A stretch of DNA of 39,118 nt from positions 1-39,118 of the forward strand of contig CAMQUX010000001.1 of assembly GCA_947037905.1 (NCBI GenBank), given 5' to 3'. Positions 8,158 through 17,841 of this stretch are shown here, piece after piece. The notes beneath the pieces were generated by a model. That model searched no databases, was not told the origin of the DNA, and saw only the letters and a program-made list of their open reading frames with translations. Made by a program: the position numbers and the translations under genes. The stretch's first letter is position 1; every line of letters starts with the position of its first letter. The stretch comes from an uncultured Desulfovibrionaceae bacterium. GTDB lineage: Bacteria > Desulfobacterota > Desulfovibrionia > Desulfovibrionales > Desulfovibrionaceae.

Positions 8158-9456
8158 ATGATAGAGCGTTATTCACGTCCTGAAATGACAAGCATTTGGA
8201 CATTAGAAAATAAATTTCGTGTATGGCTTGAGGTAGAGATCGCTGTTTGTGAAGCGTGGAATAGGCTTGGGCGTGTTCCAGATGAGGCGCTTGCTGAAAT
8301 AAAAGCAAAGGCAGATTTTGACGTTGAGCGTATTTTAGAAATTGAAGAAAAAACTCGTCATGATGTGATAGCGTTTTTGACCGCAGTGGAAGAAAAAGTG
8401 GGCATGAGTTCAAGGTATATTCATCTTGGTTGCACCTCATCAGATATAGTAGATACAGCAAATGGAGTGTTACTTACTCGTGCTGGGAAAATATTATCAG
8501 AATCACTTGAGCGATTATTAAAAGCTCTTCATACATTAGCACATGCACATAAGGGGCAAATTTGTATGGGCAGAACGCATGGTATTCATGCAGAGCCAAC
8601 AACATTTGGTCTTAAAATGGCAGGATTTTATGCAGAATTTATGCGCCATAAAAAACGATTTGAAAATGCTCGTGAGTCTATCCGAGTAGGAAAATTATCT
8701 GGCGCTGTTGGAACATTTGCACATCTTAGTCCAGAAATGGAAGAAATAACATGTGAACTTTTAGGGCTTGGAGCAGATCCAATATCCACACAAGTTGTGC
8801 AACGAGATAGATATGCTGAATTTTTTACAAGCTTAGCACTTTTAGCTGGTGGTATGGAACGCCTAGGTACTGAGCTTCGTCATTTACAAAGAACAGAAGT
8901 GCTTGAGGTTGAAGAAGGTTTTGCAAAAGGACAAAAGGGATCTTCTGCAATGCCACATAAAAAGAATCCAATATCTGCAGAGAACCTTTGCGGACTTGCA
9001 CGCCTTGTACGTAGTAACTCCCTAGCTGCTATGGAAAACATGGCACTATGGCACGAAAGAGATATAAGTCATTCTTCAGTTGAGCGTGTTATTATGCCAG
9101 ATTCTACAGTCCTTGTAGATTATATGCTACATAGAATGTCAAATTTAATAGAAAACTTGCAAGTGCGCCCAGATAATATGGAGCGCAACATGCAGTGTTC
9201 TTTTGGTTTATACTTTTCTCAGCGCATGCTTGGAGCATTGCTAGAAAAAGGATTAAAACGCCAAGAAGCGTATGAGACCGTGCAAAAAGTGGCACTTCGT
9301 TGTTGGGAAGAGCGTGTACAGTTTCCTGATGAAGCACGAAAAGATGCAGCATTAGCAGGATATTTAAGCGAAGAAGATTTCAAAGAAATTTTCGATGTGA
9401 ATTATTATAAAAAACATGAAGATGCTATATTTAAAAGAGTTTTTATAAATGAATAA
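8158..9456 (+). CDS. purB: Adenylosuccinate lyase
   Basis: 432 aa beginning MIERYSRPEMTSIWTLENKF. It carries the fumarate-lyase superfamily signature GSSAMPHKKNPISAEN. A GAGG SD precedes the start. Confidence 0.93.
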   Translation: MIERYSRPEMTSIWTLENKFRVWLEVEIAVCEAWNRLGRVPDEALAEIKAKADFDVERILEIEEKTRHDVIAFLTAVEEKVGMSSRYIHLGCTSSDIVDTANGVLLTRAGKILSESLERLLKALHTLAHAHKGQICMGRTHGIHAEPTTFGLKMAGFYAEFMRHKKRFENARESIRVGKLSGAVGTFAHLSPEMEEITCELLGLGADPISTQVVQRDRYAEFFTSLALLAGGMERLGTELRHLQRTEVLEVEEGFAKGQKGSSAMPHKKNPISAENLCGLARLVRSNSLAAMENMALWHERDISHSSVERVIMPDSTVLVDYMLHRMSNLIENLQVRPDNMERNMQCSFGLYFSQRMLGALLEKGLKRQEAYETVQKVALRCWEERVQFPDEARKDAALAGYLSEEDFKEIFDVNYYKKHEDAIFKRVFINE

Positions 9457-10012
9457 CGAAGAATTATACGAAAAACGGTTAGCAGAGTTACTTGTAGATT
9501 TATCGTACTTAAAACAAGATGTAACATTAAGTAGTGGTAAAAAAAGTGATTATTATTTCGACTGTAAACAAACAGCGCTTAATGCTGAAGGTTGTTTTTT
9601 AATAGGACAATTACTCTTTAAGATGCTCCCTAAAGATATATCCGCAGTGGCAGGTATGACACTTGGAGCAGATCCTTTAGTCACAGCTGTAAGTTATGTA
9701 TCGTACACAAAAGAATCACCAGTGCCAGCAATAATCATTCGCAAAGAAGCCAAAGGGCATGGAACGGGTGCCTATTTAGAAGGTGTAAAAAATATTGCAG
9801 AAAATACTCGTGTAGTGCTTTTAGAAGATGTAGTAACAACAGGTGGAACAACCATAATAGCCGCAAAGCGCTTACGTGATGCCGGTTTTATTGTTGATAC
9901 TGTGCTTACAATACTTGATAGAGAAGAAGGCGGGGCAGAAGTTCTTAAAGCAGCTGGTTTGTCTCTTCAATCAATATTTACCAGAAAAAAATTATTTGAG
10001 TTAGTAGGTTAA
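9449..10012 (+). CDS. pyrE: Orotate phosphoribosyltransferase
   Basis: 187 aa with the PRPP-binding motif VVLLEDVVTTGGTTI. The start overlaps the purB stop by 8 nt (ATGAATAA). Confidence 0.9.
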   Translation: MNNEELYEKRLAELLVDLSYLKQDVTLSSGKKSDYYFDCKQTALNAEGCFLIGQLLFKMLPKDISAVAGMTLGADPLVTAVSYVSYTKESPVPAIIIRKEAKGHGTGAYLEGVKNIAENTRVVLLEDVVTTGGTTIIAAKRLRDAGFIVDTVLTILDREEGGAEVLKAAGLSLQSIFTRKKLFELVG

Positions 10013-10014
10013 TA

Positions 10015-11298
10015 ATGGCTGGAAATGTAAAAAGATATATTACTATCATATTAGCTAGTTATGTAGTTTTTAGTACATCTTTTGCTTTTGCATGGACGTT
10101 TGAGCTGAGTAGTCAAAAACTTAGTCCTAAAGAATTTATTCGTGTAAGTAAAATCAATCAGGAATTATTTTTGCATAGAGGCGATGGAACTCCTTTTTCT
10201 TTTCCATCAACAACAGGGCAAGTTGTTGGAGATAAAATTACTGAGGGAGATTTAAAAACTCCAGAGGGTGTATATTTTATTATAGAAAAAATTCCCTACC
10301 GAGTAGATTTTGCGCTCTATGGTGATATTGCTTATCCGCTTAATTATCCTAATCCAGTAGATAGGCTTGAAGGAAAAACAGGACACGGTATCTGGATTCA
10401 TGGTAGAGGGAAAGAATTTTTGCTAAACGATACAGAAGGATGTGTCGCGTTAAAAAATCCAAATATAACAGCAATGTCTGCATATTTAAAGAATCGTCTG
10501 CCAGTACTTATAGGTAAAAAAATAGATATAGCAAGTGATGAAAATGAAGCACTCAAAGTGCAACAAACTGAACTATATACAGAAATAGAGAAATTTGTTT
10601 ATGACTGGGCTAATTCTTGGAGTACAAAATCAGATAGTTTTTTTGATTTTTACGATAAAAAAAGTTTTGAGAAAACAAGTGGGATTGGCTTTACAGATTT
10701 CAAAGAGAATAAAAAGCGACTTTTTTCGCTCTATAATTGGATAGAAGTAGCTCCGTTAAATATTCAAATACTCCCAGCAAAAAATTATTATGTGGTTTGG
10801 TTCGATCAATTTTACCGAACAGGTGAGTTTGAGTCTGTAGTACATAAGCGTTTATATTTAAAACGAGATGATACAGGGGCTTTAAAGATAGTAGGTAGGG
10901 AAATGCTAGAAGCGCCCGATCTTGAACCTCTTCGTGAGAATCTTTTAGCGATGCAGAAAGATGATATAATAGCATTTGTAGATAAGTGGTTTGCTAGCTG
11001 GAGAAATACAGATATAGTAGCATACACAGAGTTTTATGCAGATAATGCAAAACAAGCTAATCTACGTGGCAAGGCTACAATAAAAGCAAAGAAACAAAAA
11101 CTATGGAAAGAAAAGGGTGTAGTAAAACTTACACATAAAGATATAGAAGTATTCTTGACTAATAATGGATATCGTGTTGAGCTAATTCAAGAGTTTGAGG
11201 ATGGTTCTGGGTATAAAGATGTGGGTAGGAAAAGTTTATTGTTAATCCCGTCTAATAAAAGCTTTAAAATACAAGAAGAGTATTGGAGAAGTTTGTGA
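10015..11298 (+). CDS. Secreted YkuD-fold L,D-transpeptidase/carboxypeptidase with two NTF2-like C-terminal repeats (Csd6/Pgp2-like)
   Basis: Signal-like N-terminus MAGNVKRYITIILASYVVFSTSFAFA. YkuD catalytic motif GIWIHGRG...NDTEGCVAL. Two repeats with an NTF2/SnoaL-like pattern follow (FVYDWANSWSTKSDSFFDFY... and FVDKWFASWRNTDIVAYTEFY...). It starts 2 nt after pyrE. Confidence 0.75.
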   Translation: MAGNVKRYITIILASYVVFSTSFAFAWTFELSSQKLSPKEFIRVSKINQELFLHRGDGTPFSFPSTTGQVVGDKITEGDLKTPEGVYFIIEKIPYRVDFALYGDIAYPLNYPNPVDRLEGKTGHGIWIHGRGKEFLLNDTEGCVALKNPNITAMSAYLKNRLPVLIGKKIDIASDENEALKVQQTELYTEIEKFVYDWANSWSTKSDSFFDFYDKKSFEKTSGIGFTDFKENKKRLFSLYNWIEVAPLNIQILPAKNYYVVWFDQFYRTGEFESVVHKRLYLKRDDTGALKIVGREMLEAPDLEPLRENLLAMQKDDIIAFVDKWFASWRNTDIVAYTEFYADNAKQANLRGKATIKAKKQKLWKEKGVVKLTHKDIEVFLTNNGYRVELIQEFEDGSGYKDVGRKSLLLIPSNKSFKIQEEYWRSL

Positions 11299-11960
11299 GC
11301 AAGAAAAAATATAGTTTTGTTTTAATGAACGATATCGGCTGGTATAAGAGCTATCGTTTTCGTCCTCGAATTTTAATTTATATAGGTAGCATATTAGCTC
11401 TTTTTTTATGTTTCGTTGTTTGGACATTTTACTGGAATACGGCTCAATATATAAAATATGAAGAAGCTCAAAATAGTTTAATTATACTTGAAAAACGAGT
11501 GCTTGAGCAAAGAACAGAATTAGAACGCTTATCTAATGTGAAACTATTTGCACAAGACAATAAAGTCGATAAAAATATACAGGAACCATTAACAGCACTC
11601 AGTTTACCAAAAATATTTGAAAAAATAGATTTAGGTGTTGCTGATGTAGGAAATTTAAAAACAAATTTTGTTGAAAATAGCCTTAATTTTTCTTTTGATC
11701 TGAAAAATTTAACAGAAACAGCATTATCAGGAGCCGCAGAGCTTAATATTTATTTAGCAGATGCAAGTTTAAAAGAATTGGGTGTACAAGGAAATAATTT
11801 AGATTTTTTTATTCAACGATTTAAGCGAATAACAGGAATATTCTTGTTGCCAAATGGCATATCATATAAAGATATTTTTGCTTTGCAGTTACTTATAAAA
11901 GATGAGAAGGGAAAGGTATTGTTCAGTGAGGTTTATCCTCTTTATACTCTTACAAACTAG
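11283..11960 (+). CDS. Single-pass membrane protein with coiled coil, unknown function
   Basis: TM helix ILIYIGSILALFLCFVVWTFYW followed by a coiled-coil stretch (LEKRVLEQRTELERLSN). The track start is TTG 11283. GTG 11295 (GGAG upstream, GTGA overlap with the preceding stop) is an equally good start. The ORF is wedged between two peptidoglycan enzymes with overlaps at both ends. Confidence 0.5.
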   Translation: MEKFVSKKKYSFVLMNDIGWYKSYRFRPRILIYIGSILALFLCFVVWTFYWNTAQYIKYEEAQNSLIILEKRVLEQRTELERLSNVKLFAQDNKVDKNIQEPLTALSLPKIFEKIDLGVADVGNLKTNFVENSLNFSFDLKNLTETALSGAAELNIYLADASLKELGVQGNNLDFFIQRFKRITGIFLLPNGISYKDIFALQLLIKDEKGKVLFSEVYPLYTLTN

Positions 11961-13653
11961 CATTTTACTTTCTAGTTCAATCGTATTTGCTACAACTCAA
12001 GTTGAAAATTACGAGCTTTTCTCTGGTACACAATATCCTTTATCTATCTATGTTTTGACTGGCGAAGCTAAAGGTCCTACAATATTTATACAAGGTGGAA
12101 TACAGGGCGATGAGCAAGCTGGTTTTATAAGTGCTCAAATACTCAGTAGGTCAAAAATAGCTAATGGGCGGTTAATAATTATCCCACGAGCAAATATTCC
12201 TTCTATTCATATGCTCAGACGGCAAATATTTGTGGATATGAACAGACGGTTCGATAAAGATTATAATAAATATTATGAAGATAGACTTGTCCGTGGTGTT
12301 AAATTTTTTCTAAAACAAGCGGATGCACTTATTCATTTACATGAAGGTAGCGGTTTTCACTCTCCAACATATGTCAACAAACTACGAAATCCTAACAGAT
12401 ATGGTCAATCTATTATAATAGATGCTTTAGAATACGATAAGATACCTCTAGGTAAAGTAGCTAACCAAGCTTTAGCAAATGTGAATAGCACAATTGCAAA
12501 TCCTAATTACCATTTCACGCTTTTTAATATGAAGACATTCCAGAAGAACTCTGAGCATGCTGAGCAAACCAAATCTATGACTGGTTATGCAGTGAATAAA
12601 CTTGGTATTCCTGCTTATGCAGTAGAAGTAAGTAAAGATATTGTTCAATTAGGTTGGAAGGTGCATCAGCAATTAAAACTGGTAAAAGAACTTCTTACAC
12701 TCCATGGTATAGAGATAGAAATTCCTGTTGTAACAGAAAAAGAAATTGAAACGTATAATTATCAGTATGGTAAGCTATTAGTAAACGGTCAAGCCGTCAA
12801 AAATGGTTCCATAATATCAGTATCTGAAGGTATAGCGCTTAATATTAAATCCGAAGAAAGTACGTCTAAATTATCAAAAGAATTTTTACCAGCAATATCG
12901 ATTTTTAACTCCAAAAGAACGGGCGTGAATCTGCTTACAAATAAATCTTTAGTTTTAAATGATTTAGGTACGCTAAATTTATATGCAGATGGAAAAAAAG
13001 TAGCAAGTTATCCTGTAAAAACAAAAACTCGCATAGAAAAAAAACCAGTTTATAGTGGTGCCGTATTTTTAGGGCAAATTAACAGCGAGGGTTTTGAAGT
13101 ACAAGCAGGAGAAGTAGTACAGGCAGTAGCGGGCGATAAATTTTTTCTTGAAGGGGTTCATGGAAGTTCGTTTAATGAAATTTTAAATTTAAAAGGTTTT
13201 GTAGCAATACCTTGGGATAATACAGGTCAGGATATAGGCTGGGAAATTATTTTAGATCCAGATAATTTTATGAAACGCTATGAATTAGGGAAAAAAAATA
13301 ATCCAGTAAAGCGCTATAGAATAGTGAGAGAAACAGAAACTTGCAAGCGAGTAGAATTTTATTTAGACATAGCACCACGAGAAATTTATGGCTTGCGAGT
13401 ACTCAATAAGAAAAAGAAAATCTCTTATGTTTTACCGTGGGAAGCAGACTCAGATTTGCGTCTTCCAAAAGGGGATTATGAGCTGCAAGGTATTTGGTCA
13501 AATGGTGAGAAAGATTTAGTAGTACTCACAACAGATACTAAACCAGTAGCAGTAGGGCAGAGCTTTTCTATAAAAGATGAAAAGCTAAAGTTAACCGCGC
13601 GGCATAAAAATACTTTCGCACCAATTGGTAGCATAGTTCTGCGTTCGAAATAA
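11902..13653 (+). CDS. Secreted M14-type carboxypeptidase with Gln-x-x-Glu zinc motif (Csd4/Pgp1-like) plus a ~330-aa C-terminal extension
   Basis: Signal peptide ...FILFILLQTSILLSSSIVFA. M14 core motifs are GGIQGDEQAG (Gln where HxxE normally has His; Q68 codon at 12103..12105), IIPRANIPS, DMNRRF and LIHLHEG. It overlaps the upstream ORF by 59 nt. An alternative GTG start is at 11926. Confidence 0.65.
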   Translation: MRRERYCSVRFILFILLQTSILLSSSIVFATTQVENYELFSGTQYPLSIYVLTGEAKGPTIFIQGGIQGDEQAGFISAQILSRSKIANGRLIIIPRANIPSIHMLRRQIFVDMNRRFDKDYNKYYEDRLVRGVKFFLKQADALIHLHEGSGFHSPTYVNKLRNPNRYGQSIIIDALEYDKIPLGKVANQALANVNSTIANPNYHFTLFNMKTFQKNSEHAEQTKSMTGYAVNKLGIPAYAVEVSKDIVQLGWKVHQQLKLVKELLTLHGIEIEIPVVTEKEIETYNYQYGKLLVNGQAVKNGSIISVSEGIALNIKSEESTSKLSKEFLPAISIFNSKRTGVNLLTNKSLVLNDLGTLNLYADGKKVASYPVKTKTRIEKKPVYSGAVFLGQINSEGFEVQAGEVVQAVAGDKFFLEGVHGSSFNEILNLKGFVAIPWDNTGQDIGWEIILDPDNFMKRYELGKKNNPVKRYRIVRETETCKRVEFYLDIAPREIYGLRVLNKKKKISYVLPWEADSDLRLPKGDYELQGIWSNGEKDLVVLTTDTKPVAVGQSFSIKDEKLKLTARHKNTFAPIGSIVLRSK

Positions 13654-13735
13654 TGTTTAGTTGAAAGAGTATTTTAGTCTGGTTTGTGTTTATTTCTAAG
13701 AAAAATGAAATAGTTTTTTGCAAAAGGAGCAGATG

Positions 13736-15007
13736 ATGCTTGATTTAAAATATGTCCGCACTCACATAGAAGAGGTCAAAGAATCTTTAGAAAAGCGTCA
13801 TTCTTCATTGTCGTTAGATATTTTTTTAGAATTAGATGAGAGGCGGCGTAAGCTTCTTTTTGAGCTAGAAACACTCCAAGCAAAAAGAAATCTTGTATCT
13901 CCTGAAATAGCTAAAAAAAAGAAATCAGGCGAAGATACAACAGATATAATGGCAGAGATGAGTATTATTTCTGAGCGAGTAAAGGTGCTTAATGCAGAAG
14001 TTTCGGCTGTTGAAAAGGAAGAAGAAGACTGGCTTTTATCTGTACCAAATATGCCGCACGAATCAGTACCTTATGGTAAGAGTGAAGAAGATAATCGCAT
14101 AGAACGTTATGTGGGGGAAAAGCCTTCATTTTCTTTTAGTCCTAAAGAGCATTTTGAACTCGCCGCTGATAAATTAGACTTTGAACGAGCAGCAAAAATA
14201 ACAGGCGCACGGTTTGTATTATACAGAAAAGAACTTGCTCGTTTAGAGCGAGCATTAGCAAATTTTATGCTCGATGTGCATGCGAGCGAACATGGTTATG
14301 AGGAAGTAATACCTCCGTATATAGTAAATAGAGCAAGCCTAATAGGCACAGGTAATCTTCCTAAATTTGCAGATGATCTTTTTAAATTAGAAAATTGGGA
14401 TTATTTTTTAATTCCAACAGCAGAAGTGCCAGTTACAAATATTTACCGAGATGAAACCATCGCAGAAGAAATGCTCCCTCTAGCTTTTTGTGCATTAACT
14501 CCTTGTTTTCGTTCAGAAGCCGGTAGTTATGGACGAGACACAAAAGGATTAATTCGTCAGCATCAATTTCATAAAGTAGAAATGGTTCGTTTTTCTCATC
14601 CAGATAACTCATTTGAGCAATTAGAACTTATGATAAGCCATGCAGAAAATATTTTAAAAAAATTAGGACTGCATTACCGAGTAATAACACTCTGCACAGG
14701 AGACATGGGCTTTTCTGCACGTAAAACTTACGATATAGAAGTCTGGCTACCAGGGCAGGATAAATATAGAGAAATATCCTCTTGTTCAAATACAGGAGAT
14801 TTTCAAGCACGCCGTGCAAATATTCGGGTAGCAGTAAAAGGCGAGAAAAAGAAACTCTTCGCTCATACCTTAAATGGCTCAGGCTTAGCAGTAGGGCGTG
14901 CTCTTGTTGCAATACTCGAGAATTATCAGCAGGCGGATGGTTCTATTATAATTCCAGAAGTGCTGCAAAGTTATATGCGAGGTCTTAAAAAGATAGAAAA
15001 AGACTAG
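13736..15007 (+). CDS. serS: Seryl-tRNA synthetase
   Basis: Begins [16 protein letters not shown] with an N-terminal coiled-coil arm. Class II core motifs include [28 protein letters not shown] and [19 protein letters not shown]. The track ORF opens at TTG 13718, but AAGGAG at 13724..13729 favours ATG 13733 or 13736. Confidence 0.93.
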   Translation: MLDLKYVRTHIEEVKESLEKRHSSLSLDIFLELDERRRKLLFELETLQAKRNLVSPEIAKKKKSGEDTTDIMAEMSIISERVKVLNAEVSAVEKEEEDWLLSVPNMPHESVPYGKSEEDNRIERYVGEKPSFSFSPKEHFELAADKLDFERAAKITGARFVLYRKELARLERALANFMLDVHASEHGYEEVIPPYIVNRASLIGTGNLPKFADDLFKLENWDYFLIPTAEVPVTNIYRDETIAEEMLPLAFCALTPCFRSEAGSYGRDTKGLIRQHQFHKVEMVRFSHPDNSFEQLELMISHAENILKKLGLHYRVITLCTGDMGFSARKTYDIEVWLPGQDKYREISSCSNTGDFQARRANIRVAVKGEKKKLFAHTLNGSGLAVGRALVAILENYQQADGSIIIPEVLQSYMRGLKKIEKD

Positions 15008-15042
15008 AGATATAGTTTTGCATAGTTTATAAAATGCTATAA

Positions 15043-15076
15043 AGACCCTTATATACTATATGAGGGTCTAATTTAT
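15043..15076 (+). terminator. Probable serS terminator hairpin
   Basis: agacccttatat / atatgagggtct forms a 12-bp stem (one G-U) at 15043..15069, followed by aatttat. The T tract is weak. Confidence 0.45.
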
Positions 15077-15164
15077 AAGGGATATTTGATTTATAAAGAT
15101 TGATTATCGATAAGTGTTATGTTAAGTTATCAAAACTTCTTAGCAAGTATAAAGGGAATAAACA

Positions 15165-16064
15165 TTGGATAAAAAACATAGTTTTGGATTTGTAGCGTTA
15201 GTTGGTGCCCCAAATGCGGGTAAGTCTACTCTTATGAATAAGTATTTAGGAGAGAAAGTAGCAATAGTATCACCTAAACCACAAACAACAAGAAATCAAA
15301 TAACAGGCATACTTACACAAGAAGATGCACAGATAGTTTTTTTTGATACACCAGGAATACATGGTGTGCCAGGACGAATGAATAGATTTTTAATAAGTGA
15401 AGCAAATAAAGCACTCTCTGCTGCAGATGTTGTTGTGCTTTTAGTAGATGCAAGTCTACCAATGGTAAAATTACAAAAAGAATTCATAGCAGTAAAACGA
15501 GTCTTACAAAATAGTCATCAGCCATTTTTTATAGCGCTTAATAAAATCGATAAAGTAAAAGAAAAAGAAAAATTACTCCCGCTTATGGAATGGTTAGCAG
15601 AAGTGTTTCCTCAGGCGAGTATCGTGCCTCTTTCTGCATTAACAGGTAAGGGTAAAGATGTTTTACTTGAAGAAGTAATAACACATCTGCCAGAAAAAGA
15701 AGCAGAGTTTCCAGCCGACCAATTATCAACAGTACCACTTCGTTTTATGGCATCAGAAGTAATTCGAGAAAAATTATTCATGCAATTACAACAAGAGCTT
15801 CCTTATAGCACAGCAGTTGAGATAGAGCAGTGGCAAGAAGATGACACAATAGTTCATATCGACGCAGTAATTTATACTGGACGGCAAAGCCATAAGGGTA
15901 TGATAATAGGAAAACAGGGCGCATTATTAAAAAAAATAGGAACTTCATCACGAGTGGAGTTAGAAGATTTAGTAGAAAAACGAATAATGCTTAAACTTTG
16001 GGTAAAAGTAAAAGAAAATTGGACAGAAGATGTTAATTTCTTACGCTCATTAGGATTAGGATAA
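15165..16064 (+). CDS. era: GTPase Era
   Basis: G1 motif GFVALVGAPNAGKST, G3 motif FFDTPG and G4 motif ALNKID. The C-terminal KH domain includes HKGMIIGKQGALLKKIG. The TTG start is preceded by AAAGGGA. Confidence 0.92.
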   Translation: MDKKHSFGFVALVGAPNAGKSTLMNKYLGEKVAIVSPKPQTTRNQITGILTQEDAQIVFFDTPGIHGVPGRMNRFLISEANKALSAADVVVLLVDASLPMVKLQKEFIAVKRVLQNSHQPFFIALNKIDKVKEKEKLLPLMEWLAEVFPQASIVPLSALTGKGKDVLLEEVITHLPEKEAEFPADQLSTVPLRFMASEVIREKLFMQLQQELPYSTAVEIEQWQEDDTIVHIDAVIYTGRQSHKGMIIGKQGALLKKIGTSSRVELEDLVEKRIMLKLWVKVKENWTEDVNFLRSLGLG

Positions 16065-16069
16065 GGTTC

Positions 16070-16582
16070 GTGAGGACTCCGAGTGAGCATATTTATAAAG
16101 AAAATTTTTTATTAAAATATCCTCAAGAACTAGTGAGTGTAGAGCTTGATAGTTATTGGAACTCGTCTCTTATTTATGCGAGAGATATAATAGAAACTCT
16201 TCCAAAATTTTCAATATTTTCAATAAAGAAAAAAATAGACAGTTTCTTTTTTATCTCATCATATTTAGAGAAAAAAATAGCATTTGGTGAAATAGGATAT
16301 GAAGAAGCACTTTTAGTGCTTGATATTCTTTGTTTTTGCTCCAAAAAAGCAAAAGTGAGCATAGATACATTTAATCAGCTGGCAAATGAAGATTTATTAT
16401 CGCCCAAAAAGATGTTTCAGCGTGAAGGCGGTAATTTTGCTGTGTATTATGCACGCATGCAAATAGCAACTTTTGCAGCAGATACAGTACTTAATTTCTG
16501 GGACGATTTAGATGCAGATATGACAGATATTGCAGATACTGTAGATGACAGAGTGAATATAGGAAAAAATATAGAAGTATAG
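16070..16582 (+). CDS. Hypothetical protein (170 aa) with acidic C-terminus
   Basis: The ORF starts at GTG 5 nt after the era stop, with AGGATAAGG upstream. I recognise no motif. The tail is acidic (WDDLDADMTDIADTVDDR). Confidence 0.45.
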   Translation: MRTPSEHIYKENFLLKYPQELVSVELDSYWNSSLIYARDIIETLPKFSIFSIKKKIDSFFFISSYLEKKIAFGEIGYEEALLVLDILCFCSKKAKVSIDTFNQLANEDLLSPKKMFQREGGNFAVYYARMQIATFAADTVLNFWDDLDADMTDIADTVDDRVNIGKNIEV

Positions 16583-16974
16583 CTATAGATAATGGGCCAA
16601 ATACTTAAAAAGTGTAGCATAAATACTTAAAAAAAAAGTGTAAGGAATATAATCTGTATATGGGTTTTATAGCATGAGACCATAACATAATACCATAATA
16701 AACAGCACCAAGCATGCAAAAATTACTATACGAGAGAGCAAGTACGATAGAGTTCGTAGCAAGAAGTTGCTAATAATCTCAGATAGAATAAGTGCTAAGA
16801 AAAATAATAGAGCAAATATAAGCTAAGTCTTTAAAATAGATAAGAGCATTTTTAATTGAAAAAACTTAGAATAGCTTAGTAAAATAAATTTTATTTAAAA
16901 TAACTGGGTACAGTAATATATAGCTTAAAAGTAAGGGCAAAATAGCATAATAACTGAAGAAAGGGGAAATAGTT

Positions 16975-17817
16975 ATGGCAAAAGGGAAAGAATATTTAAC
17001 TCATAAAGATTTATCTGATTTAGTGGGTATATCAGAAACTTCTATAAAAAGTTATCGCAAGAAATTTTCTAGCTTTATTCCAGTATTATCAAATGGTAAA
17101 CCGCTACGTTTCCCTCTTGAAGCAGGGGATATTTGCTGTCAGATACGTTCTTTTTTCCTATCAGGTTTTTCTGTTTTAGAAATAGAGGAAAAACTAAAAG
17201 AATTATATCCTGAACGTGCGCAAATTTTTGAGCAAAAGAAAAAAGAAGTGAAAGTGAGTACTCAAAATAATGATGCAGTGCTCGAGAATATAGCTAAGCA
17301 AGTATCGCAAATAACAGTACAATTTGGGATTTTTCGCTCGAATATTGAGCATAGAATTGCAGGACTTGCAAAAGATTTACAAAGTTTACAAATACAACAA
17401 AGTACCGAGAAAGTAGCTACCGCAGAGATAAGAAAAGAAAATCCTTTAGAGGGATATAGAGCAACAGATGAAAATAATATTGTAAGTGCCGCACAGATAT
17501 ATTTAGATTTACCTGTTGCCTGTCGAGATTTAAAAGGTGAATATATTTCTTTTACAAAACCAACAAGTTTTGGCGATTTTGTAGAAATATTACGCAGAAA
17601 TTTTCCTGACAGTGTGCGTTGGGAAAAAAGAGAAAATACGAATATCCCAGTGTATATCTTTTTTGAGCGAGAAAGAGAATACCGATTGTTTTTTAAAGAT
17701 GTAAAAGGTGAAAAAAATAATATTGTAATACTGCATAATGTAGCGGTAAATACAGAACTTTTTTCATCGGAAGAAGTACTTAATTTCTTTCTTAGAATAC
17801 AAAAAATAAGCATCTAG
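16975..17817 (+). CDS. MerR-type helix-turn-helix protein (280 aa) with an unknown C-terminal domain
   Basis: The N-terminus, YLTHKDLSDLVGISETSIKSYRKKF...GKPLRFPLEAGDICCQIRSFFLSGFSVLEIEEKL, follows the MerR HTH-wing-helix pattern. An AAGGGGA SD precedes the start. It ends 24 nt before glnA. Confidence 0.7.
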   Translation: MAKGKEYLTHKDLSDLVGISETSIKSYRKKFSSFIPVLSNGKPLRFPLEAGDICCQIRSFFLSGFSVLEIEEKLKELYPERAQIFEQKKKEVKVSTQNNDAVLENIAKQVSQITVQFGIFRSNIEHRIAGLAKDLQSLQIQQSTEKVATAEIRKENPLEGYRATDENNIVSAAQIYLDLPVACRDLKGEYISFTKPTSFGDFVEILRRNFPDSVRWEKRENTNIPVYIFFEREREYRLFFKDVKGEKNNIVILHNVAVNTELFSSEEVLNFFLRIQKISI

Positions 17818-17841
17818 TACTGTAAATTTAGGAAGTAATAA

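Noticed and set aside
17262-17813. 183-aa antisense ORF. Many similar track ORFs lie inside clpB, glmU, rny, glnA, trpB, the M14 gene and others (for example 30479..30937, 30125..30445 and 37417..37761).
   Set aside because: They lie fully within, and opposite or out of frame to, genes with strong family motifs. Their translations are low complexity (S/F/L/C-rich), which is typical of shadow ORFs in AT-rich DNA.
16583-17841. Expected sigma-54 (TGGCAC-N5-TTGCW) promoter upstream of glnA or the MerR-like gene.
   Set aside because: I scanned both strands by eye for TGGCA/TGCCA cores and found no match with correct spacing here. The only good match in the window is at 36564.
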